A stretch of DNA of 56,665 nucleotides, counting the filler, from Sluysia triapertura (lineage: Eukaryota): NCBI GenBank assembly GCA_046118255.1. It is 4 parts of 4 records of this genome, joined end to end, with 100 filler letters (N's around TTAATTAATTAA, not from the genome) between each part and the next. Parts side by side here need not be neighbours in the genome. Positions count along the whole stretch, not along the records: positions 11,783 to 34,143 come from JBJNIA010230677.1; positions 34,244 to 45,582 come from JBJNIA010185846.1; 2 more parts are not named here. One strand, 5' to 3'. The translations under genes and the position numbers were made by a program. The notes under the pieces were generated by a model. It was not told the DNA's origin, made no database searches, and saw nothing but the letters and a program-made list of their open reading frames with translations. Shown piece after piece: positions 23,461 through 36,330 of this stretch. Each line of letters opens with the position of its first letter. The first letter of the stretch is position 1.

Positions 23461-24130
23461 AGCTGTGACTCGTGATTAATTTTCAAATGTGTTTGATTTT
23501 TTATTTACTACTTAATCTTTGCATTAATTAAAACTTTTACATACCATTGAAATAATTCAAAAATTGTTTTTTTTGTTTATTTTTTCTTATTTTTGAAGTA
23601 GGTTTGTCAATTTTTATTTTATAAAATAAAAACCTATTTCCTTATGCTTATCTTATTATTTCTAATCAAATGTTTTAAATTAATAATGTCTTTTATTCAA
23701 AATTTTATTAAATCATTAAGATCAAACTGCTCAATTTTTTATTGTATATATTTACCTTTTGGTTTTATATATTCAAGTTAAACATGTAATTATTAAGCAT
23801 AATTTGACGAATATGTAGATGGTATATTAATTAAATTGACTTCAGAATTTAATTTTTAAAATATGTTCGTGGCTTAAAATTAAAATGATTATATATTATA
23901 ATTCAAATATTTTTATAGTATCAGTCCTATGCAAATACAGATAATCTTAATATGGTACATTAACTTAACTAGGAATTCCACTTTTATTAATTATTTAAAG
24001 AATGTCTTTATAATTCAATTTTTATGTAATCATTAACACGTAATAAATTTAAGTATTTTTTATTATTGTAATTAAGATGTTGAATATTAAGTTTCAATTT
24101 TATTACTAATAAACATTGTTTTATAATTAG

Positions 24131-24276
24131 AATATAATGGTGTTAGTGAATCAAGTGAATGTCGACAAATTGGTAATGGCAATAATTACAATGGCAAATA
24201 TTGTCCGTCATCCAGTAGATATAATTTGAATCATCATTTAGATATCGACACTGAGTCAGAGGCTGTCAAATACTAA
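24131..24276 (+). CDS. Candidate terminal exon of an unidentified gene
   Basis: Acceptor AATTAG, then YNGVSESSECRQIGNG...DIDTESEAVKY*. GC is higher than the flanks and an AATAAA follows. Confidence 0.35.
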
Positions 24277-24517
24277 ATATAAATATAAATTTTATTTGTC
24301 ACAATAAATAAAATTTGCTAAAAATTGAATTTATCATTTTTAATTTGTTTTAAAATTATTATCACTATTATTATCTTTTTATTACATTTTATGGTGTACA
24401 TTTAATTATTACATTATTATCACTGCATCATTATTATTTTTTATTGTCACTATTATTACTACTATTATCGTTATTATTATTATCATTATTGTTTCGTAAA
24501 TTGTACTATATAACTAG

Positions 24518-25552
24518 AAAGTCAAGGTCAGTAATAAATTTTGAATCATTACAAAAATTTACAAAACAAAGGTAAGATTTCAAAGTTTTCAGTCTCGATA
24601 AAAAATTTGTTTAGGCAGAGTAATAGTATTGACGGAATTAGATACTTGGCTGATTTTTATATATCTTAATGCAGAAACATCCACCATCGAGTCAAGTACA
24701 TGATACTATCGTATCTAATTTGGATCAGGCAGTTATTGGAACTTATGACTTGGATTTTTCTACTTTAGCAGCAACATCGATTACAACTTCTATTAATGAT
24801 TGCTCGTTCATTACTAATAATAAGACTTATTATATAAATGATGCCAAATCTAGTAGTGATTATCACGATAACATATCTTCGAGCACTTTAGTTAATTCAA
24901 ATACATTGGACCCAGATCAAAGAAGTACAAGTATATTAGATTCCTCAAATTTAACAACGTCAGCATTATCTAATAATGATAACAACGCTAACCCTTTAGC
25001 AAGTAATACTAAACCTAGAAAAAAGAAAAAGAAAAATAGTAATACTTCGTCAAACTCAAACAATATGAAAGTAAAATTACCAGATGATGATAAAGTGGTA
25101 TAAAATTAAAAATTAGACGTACAAATAATGTTAATCAAGATGAAAATCATGTTATTGTAGACAATGATTCAAATAATAATGATGGTACTCAATTTTTAAT
25201 TGATATTGATGATTTTATGTGGATACAAGTGTGGTATGCAGACGAAATTTGTGGTACCCATAAATTGGCTGGGCCTAATCGAACAATGTTAGCTACACCT
25301 TTTTTTAATGGTGATTTTAATAATATTTTTTATGATGAGACTTTGATTATTGAGATGCTTGACAAAGTTATGAATTTGAAAAATATTGTTGCGTATTATT
25401 TTACTTTAACTGTTAATAGACATCTTAGTCTTTATGGTTTTCTTTTAAATATTACTAACTTTATAATTTTTGTTTTAAAATTAATTAAAAAGGAAATTCC
25501 AGATTCAAAATCGTTTAACGTCTTCACCAACCGGCCATTTCAGAAAGAGTAG
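24518..25552 (+). CDS. Unidentified multi-exon gene or gene fragment (Ser/Asn-rich region, basic NLS-like KPRKKKKK, then a globular segment)
   Basis: ORF 24669-25103 splices in frame through a ~42-nt GT-AG intron near 25098-25139 into DENHVIVD...FMWIQVWYADEICGTHKLAGPNRTMLATPFF. The 5' and 3' exon structure is unresolved. Confidence 0.5.
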
Positions 25553-25730
25553 AAAATAAAGATTTCTAAATTTTTATAACACACTAACGATAATGACACA
25601 ATGGTATGAAGATCCATGCATATGGTAAAATTTCTATTTATTATTTATTATTTTATTATAATGAAATAAGATAAATAATTAATTCTATTTTGTTTTTAAT
25701 AACTTTAATATAATTTAATATTGCGTTAGT

Positions 25731-26075
25731 TTGATTTTTTAGCTATTGCCAAAATAGTTTTGTGGGAACAAAACCCACGTAATTTTTTGTGAGATTTGGT
25801 TTTTAGCTATTAAGATAATTAATTTTAATAAATAATTAATTATTAAACATTTTACGCAATTATTGATAAAGATTATATTTGAATTTCAGCCATTTTAGGG
25901 TAATTTTGTAAGCAACTCCCTACTCAATTTTTGTTAAGACTATTTGATTTTTAGTTATTTTTAAAGTAATTAATTGAGAAACAGTTTACGTAATCTTTGT
26001 TGAAGATTATATTTAAATCTTATTTGATTTTCAGCTATTTTTAAGGTGAATTGAATAGAAACTCCCTAAGCAATT
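25731..26075. repeat. Degenerate tandem repeat with alternating ~65 and ~80-bp units
   Basis: A TTGATTTT(T/C)AGCTATT-like motif recurs at about 25731, 25796, 25879, 25944 and 26024. Confidence 0.7.
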
Positions 26076-26989
26076 TATTCTATCAAATTTATTTTATCAA
26101 GTATTTTATCTCTAGAAATTACTGTTAAGTTTTCCTTTAAAGTTATTATTACCAAAGAATTTTATTGTAGTCGTAATCACTCTCTGTTACATTGACCAAA
26201 ATATTTAAATAACATAATTACTATTAATTTTCTAGATATTGATATTGTTAGTGTCTGTTGCGTTACAACTAGTTATTTTGTCTTAATTAGATTGTAATAC
26301 CTTTGATTTTATTATTGTTATTTTTGTCGTTTTAGTTGTTCTCATTAATTAGTAAAGATTCTTATTGATAATAAATTATATTACGTTTTTTTGTTTAATA
26401 GTGCATTATTGTCTTAGTTTTGATTTGATTTTCAAGAACTTAAATTTGGGATAATAGTTATTAATATTATAAAAGAAGGTTACTGTAAAATTATACTTCA
26501 TATACTGATCATTTAAAATATTAAGGTTCCTTTTAAACTAATAAAGTTAATATTGAGTTTTAATAACTAATAATATTTAAAGACGCGACATTAAGAAGAA
26601 ATCTAGAATAGTGATAATTAACATGAAGAAAGAGAAAAAAGAGAAAAAGTCCTAATACAATGACCTTAAAGATTTTAAAAAATGATTTTAATCCAGGTGA
26701 ATGCTTGGATGTTAATTAATAGAATTTAAGTGTATTTTATAGCTGCAAATTAAAGCCAGAAACTTACAAAAACCAGCTAACTTATTCATGGAATGAGAAA
26801 TATGAAATCTAATCGACGAAAGTTCCAAATTAAATTTTTTCGAGAATGATTTTCTTTAACAGTATTCGATAAAATTTTCCACAAAGCTGGTAACAAAATG
26901 ACGTAACGTATTTACTATACTCTAAGAATAAAAGTAAAGTTTTCCGGAAAGTCGTTAATCGGCGTAAGATTCATTCAATTGTTATTTGA

Positions 26990-27300
26990 AATCAAAAATT
27001 AAAATACAATTTCGATCAAAGTACAAACAAGGAACATTTGGCTACAATAACTTTATCTAATAAAAGGGCCTGCAAGGTTGACGATATCCCTAAGCGAACC
27101 ATAAAGAATTTTCAAAGTATTAGTAAGGAATTAACTATAAAAGTAAATAAGGTTTTAAACACAAATTAAGAAATAGTAGCAAATTCTTAAAACTCATAAA
27201 GAGACGCAATACGAATTAAATATAATCACAATTATTGAGAATTATAAAATTTTTGACTTAAGGAGAATTTGAAACAAATAGTATAATTAAAAGACTCACG
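26990..27300 (+). mobile_element. Highly decayed non-LTR retrotransposon (LINE) fragment upstream of the RT domain
   Basis: EHLATITLSNKRACKVDDIP...KELTIKVNKVL resembles the AIxxLxNxKAxGxDxIP...LxxLxN motif. Confidence 0.4.
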
Positions 27301-28101
27301 ACTCAATAAATTACATAAAGAGCATCACATTAATATTCTCATAAAAACCTTACGCATAATTGATTTTTTATTTATTCAGGCATAACTTCGAATATACAGC
27401 AGGTTGTTTTTTAGTTTCTGTAAATTAATGCTTGTTTACTTTAGGAATTCTTTTCAAAATAATTAAGTTTTGTTTGTTTTTTCATTAATTTCTAATTAAT
27501 GTTTTATTATTATTATTTTAATTTCATACTTGATGACTTCCTTACAGTATCTTCATGGACATCAATTTAATATATAGTTTAATTATACTTAGGCGTCTGA
27601 ACATATGTAACTTTAATTTTAACTTATGAAAACTAATTAAAGTAACTTGTTATTTGTGTCAACGCACTTCGTAAAATTACTAATAAAACTCATCATGATA
27701 CACTAATTCTTATGCTATTTTATCATAAGCAAGAATTTCCATACAGTTATCAAATTAAGTATCTTTTTTCAGTTCCACGAGCAAAAATATGTTAAATTAC
27801 TTGCATTTTCTTTATTCAGCTTTTAAAATTAGTGTTAATTTTAAAAAGATTTTAGAAAAGGAATTTTTAATTAAAATTATTCATCGTCCTGCAATAAAAT
27901 TCTACTTCGTGATTAAATAAATAATTTTTTTAATGAAATAAATTTGTTTCAATATTATATTTAGTAAGAAATTGTATTAAAGCAAGATAACATTTGAATA
28001 TAACATTTGAAAATAACATTAAAATAAAGTATAGTATAAAATAAAATAGTATATAATGTAATTATGGTTAAATTAATTGTTTTGTAAATTATAAATGTTA
28101 C

Positions 28102-31100
28102 ATGTTTAAATCACGTACCATATTAAAACTTTTACAAAGAACAGTGACTTATGAATTTGAAGTTTCAGATTCTTCCACTCGAGATACATTGTTTAGAGAC
28201 TTTATTTTTCATCCGAAATTTATATCAGAAGATGAAGAAAACTCATTAGTTAAAGAAATCGAACCTATTGTTAATCGTATAAGGTACGAAAAAAATCACT
28301 GGGATAATGTGAGACATCGTAAATAATTTTAAATTAGATATAGGCGATATTGAATTATCGTGAAACTGAACGTTCAATGTGGAATAAATCAAACTTACCC
28401 ATTATAAACAGGATGAAAGATACGGCTTTCGGATTAGAGCAAAATCGAATAGAAAAAGTGCTACAACAAATTCATATTTTAGATTTAGCTGAGAATGGAT
28501 GTGTTAAGCCACATGTTGATAGTGTTAAAGTAATTATTATTGTAAACTATTCAAATACAATTAAGTTTTGCGGCGGTATAATCGGTGGTTTAAGCTTATT
28601 ATCAAATTCAGTATTGAAATTTGTTCGTGAAAATGATCCCAGTAAATGGGCATCAATTGAAGTTCCACGAAGGTCATTTTACATAATGAAGTAAGATTTC
28701 ATACAGTTAAAATTAATTAAAATGTATTAATTTTCATTATTGCTAAAAAGCCGAACTCAATAAAATGGGTTGATTGTTATCGTTAATATTTAAATACTGT
28801 TTCCACAAGTGCATAATAATTTCACTCGTTATTGTATCACCACAATTTATTGACATCATTTTCAAAATAAATACACCATCTAGTCGTAAATATTCGAGAA
28901 CAAATTTACTTAAATTATCTTCATCACATTCTGATTTATAAGTATCAGTTATTAGTAACATATTTCGGCAGAAACTTTTCCGACTTGATTGTATTAATAA
29001 TCGATAAATCCACATAATAAAACTGATTCCAGTTATAAGGATAGAAAGCAAAATCCATAGCCAAATGAATATATAAAGTTTTTCATTTAACATATTCATA
29101 TTTAAAGCACATTGAGCTACATAATCTGTGCTACCACTGATTAATTTGATATCGGCTATTTTACAGATACTAATCCTGGGGAAAATACGTGTCTTGTCCC
29201 ACGTACGACCATGGATCAATGAATTTAACATTGAAAAACCAACAAAAAATATGTTGCTGTGTTTTAAATCCAAAAATTTGTACATGAAGTATAACTGACC
29301 AATACAATTTGTGATAATTAATAATTTTATGAAAAAATAACCGCTAATTAACCAATTACCTAATTTTTCATTAATTAGAAATAGGCGGTCCCACAATTTT
29401 GAACATTTATTATCGTTATCATTATTATAACAATAATAATTGAATGATTTTGATAAAATAAATGCAATATTTTTTGAGGATTTTTGTCTATCTTCTGAGC
29501 CACTTTCGCGTGCATCTGTAATGCGTTGTAACACATTTTCTATATCAATACCAAATTTATTGCGAGAAATTAACTGCCAAAGTATTCTTGGTACATAAAA
29601 CATTAAACATTGTAAGCCTAATATTAATGGTATCCATTGGTAGTAATTAATTTTTTCTTGTTTGGTTAATTTTTCCCATTCATTATTATCTGAAGGTATA
29701 TATTCGTCTTGTAAAATTGGTATTGTTCCTGATATCCAGCAAAAATTTGTTACATATGATTGAAAGTTAACTCCTTCTGGATAATTCGGTATATAACATG
29801 ATAAGGGTTGATAAAAAAATTGGTTAGTGGTTACGATTATTGTACTTAATAACAATATTGATAAGGAACCAATAAAATTCATTTTATCAGAAGTATCCTC
29901 TAATCCTACATACTTTGTCACTTTCAATCGTCTAAACAACGATAAAAAATCAACAATCATTTCTAAAACGAATATTATATTTATTTATATATAAACAAAA
30001 TACAAGATTAACTTTTATTTCTAATGGATGAATTATTTAATACATCTTGTAAAATAATGCTCAAAAAATTCATTTTTGTAAAAAATCAAAGCGAGTGTTA
30101 TATTTATTTATATAAAAACAAAACACAAGATTAACGTTTATTTCTAATCGATGAATTAGTTGTGTTTGTGTCGCTATCTAGAATGTAAATATCTGAAAAA
30201 TTTCAACAAAAAACGATACTGTGAACAGAATATGTTTTAAATATCTTGTTTAAATATAAAAATAAATTTAGCGTATACTTGTGAAATATAAAACTGTATC
30301 AATAGAAAAAACAACTTGAAAATATTTCAATAAGCAGCAAAAAATACTGAAATGGCAAATCAACACAAAAAAACAGATTAAGGATTGGATTGAAGGGTCG
30401 AGAGAACAAGCTAGGATAAGTCTAATGTGAATAAATGAGTTATATTAAAGAAATTGCTACATGATGAAATTAAATATAGAAAAGATACTGTAAAGTGAAA
30501 TTAGAAATTTAGTGAATGAAAAGTGTAAATTAATCGGAAAATAATAGTTTTAATTTAAGTAACACTCAACAATTTTCCTGTATGTGTGGATATTTAGATA
30601 TTTAAAAATAGTAAATTTTGGAACTGATTACAAAGATTTTGAGCGGATATGAAACAATGTCATTTGTGCAACTTTCAAAGATCGCTAAATGGTTATTATT
30701 ATTGTATTTATGATATAGACTTTAACATTGATGAAACTTATCTCATATTCCTGATCATATGGTTTTTAAAAAGCACGAATTCATCGATGATCAGAATTCG
30801 TAGTGGCAGTCATGTGAAAATTATACAAGAACTTATCCTCAGAACTCACTTTAGAACTAGTTTTAGTATTATAATCCGAGTGGTACTTTATAGATGTATT
30901 TCTAACGTTATATATGAGGAATTCGTTCATATATATATATATATATATATATACATTTTAATGGATCAGTAAAACGGCAAATATTTTAAAAACTTTGTAC
31001 CTCAATATGTTTATCGATAAAATTCTTGATTCAACTGAAAATTGTAATTTAAATTTTCAAGGAAATTATCAAACATTAAATCATTATAAATGTTTTATTA

Positions 31101-32983
31101 AAAACATCCGATAATAAAATGTTCGGTAAAGATAGTACTGTTTAGAGCACGATCCTTGATATTTTATGACTGCTTCCGAGAAGACTTAAATATTGCTTAA
31201 GTGTGCACATTTAAATTACAGGCAAAATTATATATTATTTCATTTGTTAATTGGAATAACGAGTACCGTTCGTGACGCTCCTCATCAATTGATATCGTCT
31301 TTAAAATGTTTTAGGAATTTGACTTTATTTCTACATTCACATCTGGCTATATGATAATCATTTAACATGAAAGGATTGCATAAAACAATATTTGCTACAA
31401 TTTTGCCAAAAATAACAATGACAAACTAATACAAATGCACTGATAATCAAAGAGCCACGATTTGCCAATCCTTTAGATATAAAATTACTTTTTTTATTGA
31501 TGAAAGGTAATTTGAATTACAGGGTTTTATCCTTTTGTCATATAATTTAATCCTCTTGTCAAATAATTTAAGCATTTTTATAAATTAATTAGAATAATGT
31601 AATTATAATGCTTATATATATTATTCAATAAATTAAAAAAAACTCCAAAATAAGCGAACATGCATAATTTTTAATAAAATTACAATAAAAGATATTTATT
31701 TAAAAGGGCTTATTGTCAATTGCTCTGATTAAATATTCACGAATATTCATAAAATATGAGTTACAATATTCTCCATTGATATCGAAACGTGATTAAATTA
31801 TTTTCAATTTTACTTCATCTTCTGTTTGACAATTTTCAGATTTTATCATACTTTTCCATTTCGAAAATAGACTTCAATTGAATTTAGTTGTGGATAATTG
31901 TCAAATATAGTATATAATAAATATTTTTGAATGTATTTTCTTATTGAGGTGTATTCTACAAAGGAAAAATGATATGAATATAGCATTAATTTATATTTCA
32001 TTAAACACAAGTAACAACAGACCTAGGAATAATAAAGGCGAACAACATTGTTGAAATAGTTTTCAATGATTTCTGTAACCTTACATGTCACTTTGATGTT
32101 TTCCATTGATATACGAGTTTCTGTTATAGCTTGAATTTTAACCACTCCAAGTGATCTCCTAAGTGTTTTATTTTAAAAATTTCCAACTTATTTGCATGTA
32201 AACAATTATAACTTAATAAATCTAGTTTCAATGAATATTTTCTGTGTAAAAAATGGCAAGAAATAAGAATTAAAGTTAAATACAATAAAGAACCCTACGA
32301 ATTATCATCGGAGAAGTATGCTGTTGAAATTCATGGTGTTCAACAAATATTATCTTAGACTGACCGGGAATCGAACCCTGTTATTTTCGCTTCACAGCTG
32401 TGCAATTCGATGCTATGACTACTAAGCTATCAATTTTATTTTATTGTAGTCAATTATACTATCATTAATCTAAATGGCACTTTAGGTTTGTACCTCAACA
32501 ATTAAATGACAAACGAGAAAGTTATTAGAATTTATTAGTGGCTCCCGGATTTCTTGATACCTAGATAACACAAAATTGATATAACTTTCGTATTTTTGAT
32601 GAAGCAAGCAGATAAATCATCTGTGGACTTTAAATTCATATATCACAATTTTATTAAAATAAGACTCTTCTACTTATTTAAATACGTGGTTAATCTTTTT
32701 CATTGTTTACGTAACAAAAGGTGCCGGGCCTAATTCCTGTTTAATCCACTTTATGAAGTTTAGCATGAGTAAATAAATATAATGGATTATTATTTTCAGA
32801 AGTGACATTCGGTACTTGTTTACTCATGAAATTTTATCAAATGAAACTAGTTTCATCAATGGTAGACCAGTTTACAAAAGCCGCCGAATAACAATTATGT
32901 GTCGTTGTGAACCAAGTAGATCGAAGCATGACTTGACGCCTCAAGATAGTAAGGATTTGACGTATAAACCATATTCATTATAA
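28102..32983 (+). CDS. ALKBH7: AlkB homolog 7, 2-oxoglutarate/Fe(II) dioxygenase, 4 exons
   Basis: Exons 28102-28308, 28344-28529, 28566-28690 and 32800-32983 with consistent phases. Motifs RYEKNHWDNAILNYRETE, HILDL, KPHVDSVKFCG, GLSLLS, RYLFTHEI and RRITIMCR. Confidence 0.95.
28743..29960 (-). CDS. inx: Innexin (gap-junction protein), intronless, nested in ALKBH7 intron 3
   Basis: 405 aa, four TM segments, YYQWIPLIL signature, extracellular Cys pairs (SCY...NFCW; FPRISIC...QCAL), NMLNEKLYIFIWLW and YLRLDGVFILKM. Confidence 0.97.
   Translation of the reverse strand: MIVDFLSLFRRLKVTKYVGLEDTSDKMNFIGSLSILLLSTIIVTTNQFFYQPLSCYIPNYPEGVNFQSYVTNFCWISGTIPILQDEYIPSDNNEWEKLTKQEKINYYQWIPLILGLQCLMFYVPRILWQLISRNKFGIDIENVLQRITDARESGSEDRQKSSKNIAFILSKSFNYYCYNNDNDNKCSKLWDRLFLINEKLGNWLISGYFFIKLLIITNCIGQLYFMYKFLDLKHSNIFFVGFSMLNSLIHGRTWDKTRIFPRISICKIADIKLISGSTDYVAQCALNMNMLNEKLYIFIWLWILLSILITGISFIMWIYRLLIQSSRKSFCRNMLLITDTYKSECDEDNLSKFVLEYLRLDGVFILKMMSINCGDTITSEIIMHLWKQYLNINDNNQPILLSSAF
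29975..30158. repeat. Direct duplication of about 60 bp immediately upstream of the innexin start
   Basis: AAACAAAA(T/C)ACAAGATTAAC(T/G)TTTATTTCTAAT(G/C)GATGAATTA occurs twice, about 123 bp apart. Confidence 0.85.
32353..32500 (-). mobile_element. Family A tRNA-containing LTR-like element
   Basis: Minus strand TGTTGAGGTAC...GATAGCTTAGTAG...GGGTTCGATTCCCGGTCAGTCTAAGA. Flanks ATTA/ATTA. Confidence 0.75.
32720..32766 (+). mobile_element. Family A 3' fragment
   Basis: TCCACTTTATGAAGTTTAGCA matches the family 3' end. The preceding T-arm is degenerate. Confidence 0.45.
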
Positions 32984-34143
32984 TTTGTTTTCTATTTCAG
33001 TACATTTTTATAAATTCTAACCAATAATTGTTTAATATTATTGATATTAGAGTCACAGTAAGCTTTATAGGGCTAAGAAAACATTTTAATATTTTAATTA
33101 ATTAATTTTTGATAATTTTAACACCTTATAGTAAAGAATTACATTTGTTGCCAATAAAGCAAGAATAGAATTCAAAATCATGACAATAATTTACAAATGA
33201 TTATGCTACGGAAGTCCTGAATATTTTTTAGAAATAATACAAAAATTGGAAACCAAGATTAATATTTCATTGAGGCATGATAATTATACAGAATCCATAG
33301 TGATAACAAGCTAGGTTGTATATCGTTTATGTTTCAAAAATATACCAGAGAATGTCAAATTATGAAATTTAAGAAAAAGTCAAAGTTCTTTCTGTTTTAG
33401 AAATATTTTAACCTATTAAGGACAAGATTTTCTCAAAATTTAAAAATCATGACATGTATTTAGTTATCTTTCGTACAAGCGCAAGTCTTATAAAAACATT
33501 TTTGCGCACGCAACACATACCAATGCAATGATTGTGTCAGGAAATTTCATTATTAAAAATTGGTTGCAATAAACAAAATAATGTAAACCGTAAAGTCGAC
33601 ATTTGACAACCATGGTTGCTGATTGGGTTGACGTTTTTGAGTACTTTGCAATAAATATAAATTAATATATCATTATATAAAAATTGAATCAATGGAATGT
33701 ATTCAGATTATGATAAAAATTGTTAATCGAAATTTATCAAACTTTTTAACTACGGATGCATATATAATAGGTAAATCCTTCAAAACAAAAAATAATGGAA
33801 AAAATTTTCTAACCTTATTATTTTGTTTTAAAACAATGTTTTAGAAACAATAAAATTTAAAAACATTTTGCATTTAGAACGAAATACCTTATCTTTCTGT
33901 AAGTTGGACTTTTTGCGATTTTTTAGTATAAAATGAAAATTTCGCTTACTAAATATAATATTTTAATTTCCTAGTAGAAACTTACATAAATCGAACTAAT
34001 ATTTTGTCTAATTGCAACTATAACTGTATTTTTCCTTCTAAAATACAGTTAAACTTCAAATTTGAAATTTTCTCAACTTATAAAATGGAAATAATTAGAT
34101 CTCTTTCTACCGCGAGTACCACGAAATGTTGATGGTAAATTTA

Positions 34144-34243
34144 NNNNNNNNNNNNNNNNNNNNNNNNNNNNNNNNNNNNNNNNNNNNTTAATTAATTAAN
34201 NNNNNNNNNNNNNNNNNNNNNNNNNNNNNNNNNNNNNNNNNNN
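34144..34243. other. Artificial contig linker
   Basis: 44 N + TTAATTAATTAA + 44 N. Confidence 0.95.
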
Positions 34244-34262
34244 AATTTTATTCGTAATTCAT

Positions 34263-34378
34263 TAGTTACAGGAGTGCCAACGATACGTTGTAAGACACTT
34301 ACTGTAACCGAACCCTGCTCGAAATTGTTGTTTCGTTGTAGGTTTTAACTTAAAATTTTGATATAAAAAACCACAGCA
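34263..34378 (+). repeat. Family B arm (~115 bp)
   Basis: TAGTTACAGGAGTGCCAAC...GTAACCGAACCCTGCTC...AAAACCACAGCA. Homologues at 42176, 44301, 49424, 49573 and 51930. Confidence 0.75.
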
Positions 34379-34699
34379 CTTTCATTCATTTGCTGCTCTT
34401 ACAACTTCGTGATGAGACACAGGCAGAACGCACATACGACATTTTGGCACGTGTAGTTGTCGTAATCCGAGGTCAAGTCAAGTCTGCCATGGTTTTTGTG
34501 CGCCAGGAAGAATGGTTTCTGTTGAGAGGATAGTTTCTGAGACCAAGGTATTGTTTTTTATATTTCACGAATTTTTTCATCATAGCGAAGTGCTTGGCAC
34601 GTGCTTTTGGGATGAGTCGTTGATATCCAGTTTCCGCAGATGAAACGAGAGTCGGGATTGGATAAAGTTTCCATACATGATGAACTTGTTTTACTAATT

Positions 34700-35150
34700 T
34701 AATTGTATTGTTTAAAAAACATCAGTTTCCGAAAAAAAGAAAAAGAAAGAGTAAAAGCAGAAATCATATGTAGCAGCGGTTCTGACACCAGAGAATTGTG
34801 GATGTATAATGATGAAATTGAAAGACATATCTCATTACACAACAACTCCTGTGTCGCACTAATCAGCATGTATCTCAAACGTGCTGAAATGGAACTCTTC
34901 AAAACATCAATCATCCAACCGAATGGTAACGCCAGTACTTCTGCAATACTGATAAACTATCGAAAACACTTTACGTTGTTCGTTATTAACAGCATACCTA
35001 TTAGATGGGTTATCCTGGCTAATTCCGGAGAACACTGTTTTATATCTCCGCAAGCTGTTTTTGAAAATTAATGTGGCTCTTGAATTACCAGCATTAACCC
35101 TATAAGCAACACTTATAGGGTTAGGTAGAAAGACCCGCACCAGCCTGACC
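34700..35150 (+). mobile_element. Decayed gypsy integrase core remnant
   Basis: In order, across frames: LWMYNDEIERHI..C (zinc-finger end), a RxGYP-like stretch, SGEHCFIS, KLMWLL and G*VER, following the rve motif order. Higher GC. Confidence 0.4.
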
Positions 35151-35155
35151 ATCAT

Positions 35156-35229
35156 TTGCTACCTACTGAGCTATCAGCTCCGTATAACAATTGTAGATTA
35201 TTATAGTCAATTAACTAAAATGCACTTTA
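35156..35229 (-). mobile_element. Family A fragment (upstream segment plus A box)
   Basis: Minus strand ...AATTGACTATAATAATCTACAATTGTTATACGGAGCTGATAGCTCAGTAGGTAGCA. Confidence 0.7.
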
Positions 35230-36174
35230 ATCAATAAAAGGGGGTTTACAAGTAAAGTATTCATGCGAAAATAATCTTTAAATATGAGGAGTCTAAATTT
35301 TATATAATTTTTAATACAATTATTTTTTAGTTTTATTGATATTAGTATTAGACGAAAAAACATATTAAATTTTTTCTTAATGCAAAAAACAGTCACAAGA
35401 GTAGTATGCTCTAATATGCTCTAATATATTATTAAATATATTTTAATATTTATTAAAAGAATTTTAATTTTTTTTATTAAAAAATTTATTTTATTATTTT
35501 TATTTTAGTCCCTAGGGCTAGCGAAACAAAAATAGTGAAACAAAAAATAGTGAAGAACACTGCCTTATTAAATTCATTACTTTATGTAAGAGTAGATTTA
35601 TGCTTATATACTACAAAAACTTCATGTATTGCCCCACCTTATACGAGTTACCAACTCCCATTTTTTTAAAAGTAAACATTCTCTATTTCTTATTTCCCCA
35701 TACTAATGCAAAACTGAACACTGGAAGGACCCGAAATTTTTAATTACGAAACTCTAAATATTCAAAAATTACTACCAGATGTGACTCAATTTAAATTAAT
35801 AAATGTTGATGCATGTATTAACAACTAAAAAATAACAAAAAAGTAGCACAAGTTACTAACCTTAATCAATTGCTAATCAATAAAACTCATTTGTCCTGTT
35901 TTCTACGTCTTTTAAATACTCTCTCTATTTTCGCATTTTCGCTTTTGACTCTGTTACATATTTGACTCTTTATATTATAAGTAAATTGTAAGTTTTTAAA
36001 TCTTTTTTGTGATTTTTGAATAAACGTACCTGAATTTGTAGTTTCACTAAGATAATGTCAATAATTTCTTTAGAATTAGTATTTTGTAGTTAAATTAAGA
36101 AGTTTTTTTGAAACAGTTCAATGCGAAGTTAATTAAGCATTTGATAAGATCCTAATTAATGAGCATTACTATTT

Positions 36175-36330
36175 AGTAGTAGTAGTAGTAGTAGTAGTTG
36201 TAGAAGTAGTAGTAGTAGTAATAGTAATAGTAGGAGTAGTAATAGTAGTAGTAGTACTTGTAGAAGTAGTAGTAGTAGTAGTATTAGCAGCAGCAACAGC
36301 AGCAGCAGTAGTAGTATCACTAATAGTATC
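36175..36330. repeat. (AGT)n/(AGC)n microsatellite
   Basis: Direct inspection. Confidence 0.95.

Noticed and set aside
30649-30972. 107-aa ORF inside ALKBH7 intron 3
   Set aside because: No recognisable motif and it runs through an (AT)n tract; possibly decayed transposon sequence, but unsupported.
33408-33630. piggyBac-type MITE (TTAACCTATT...ATTGGGTTGA)
   Set aside because: TIR match is only about 7/12 and the second TTAA is imperfect.
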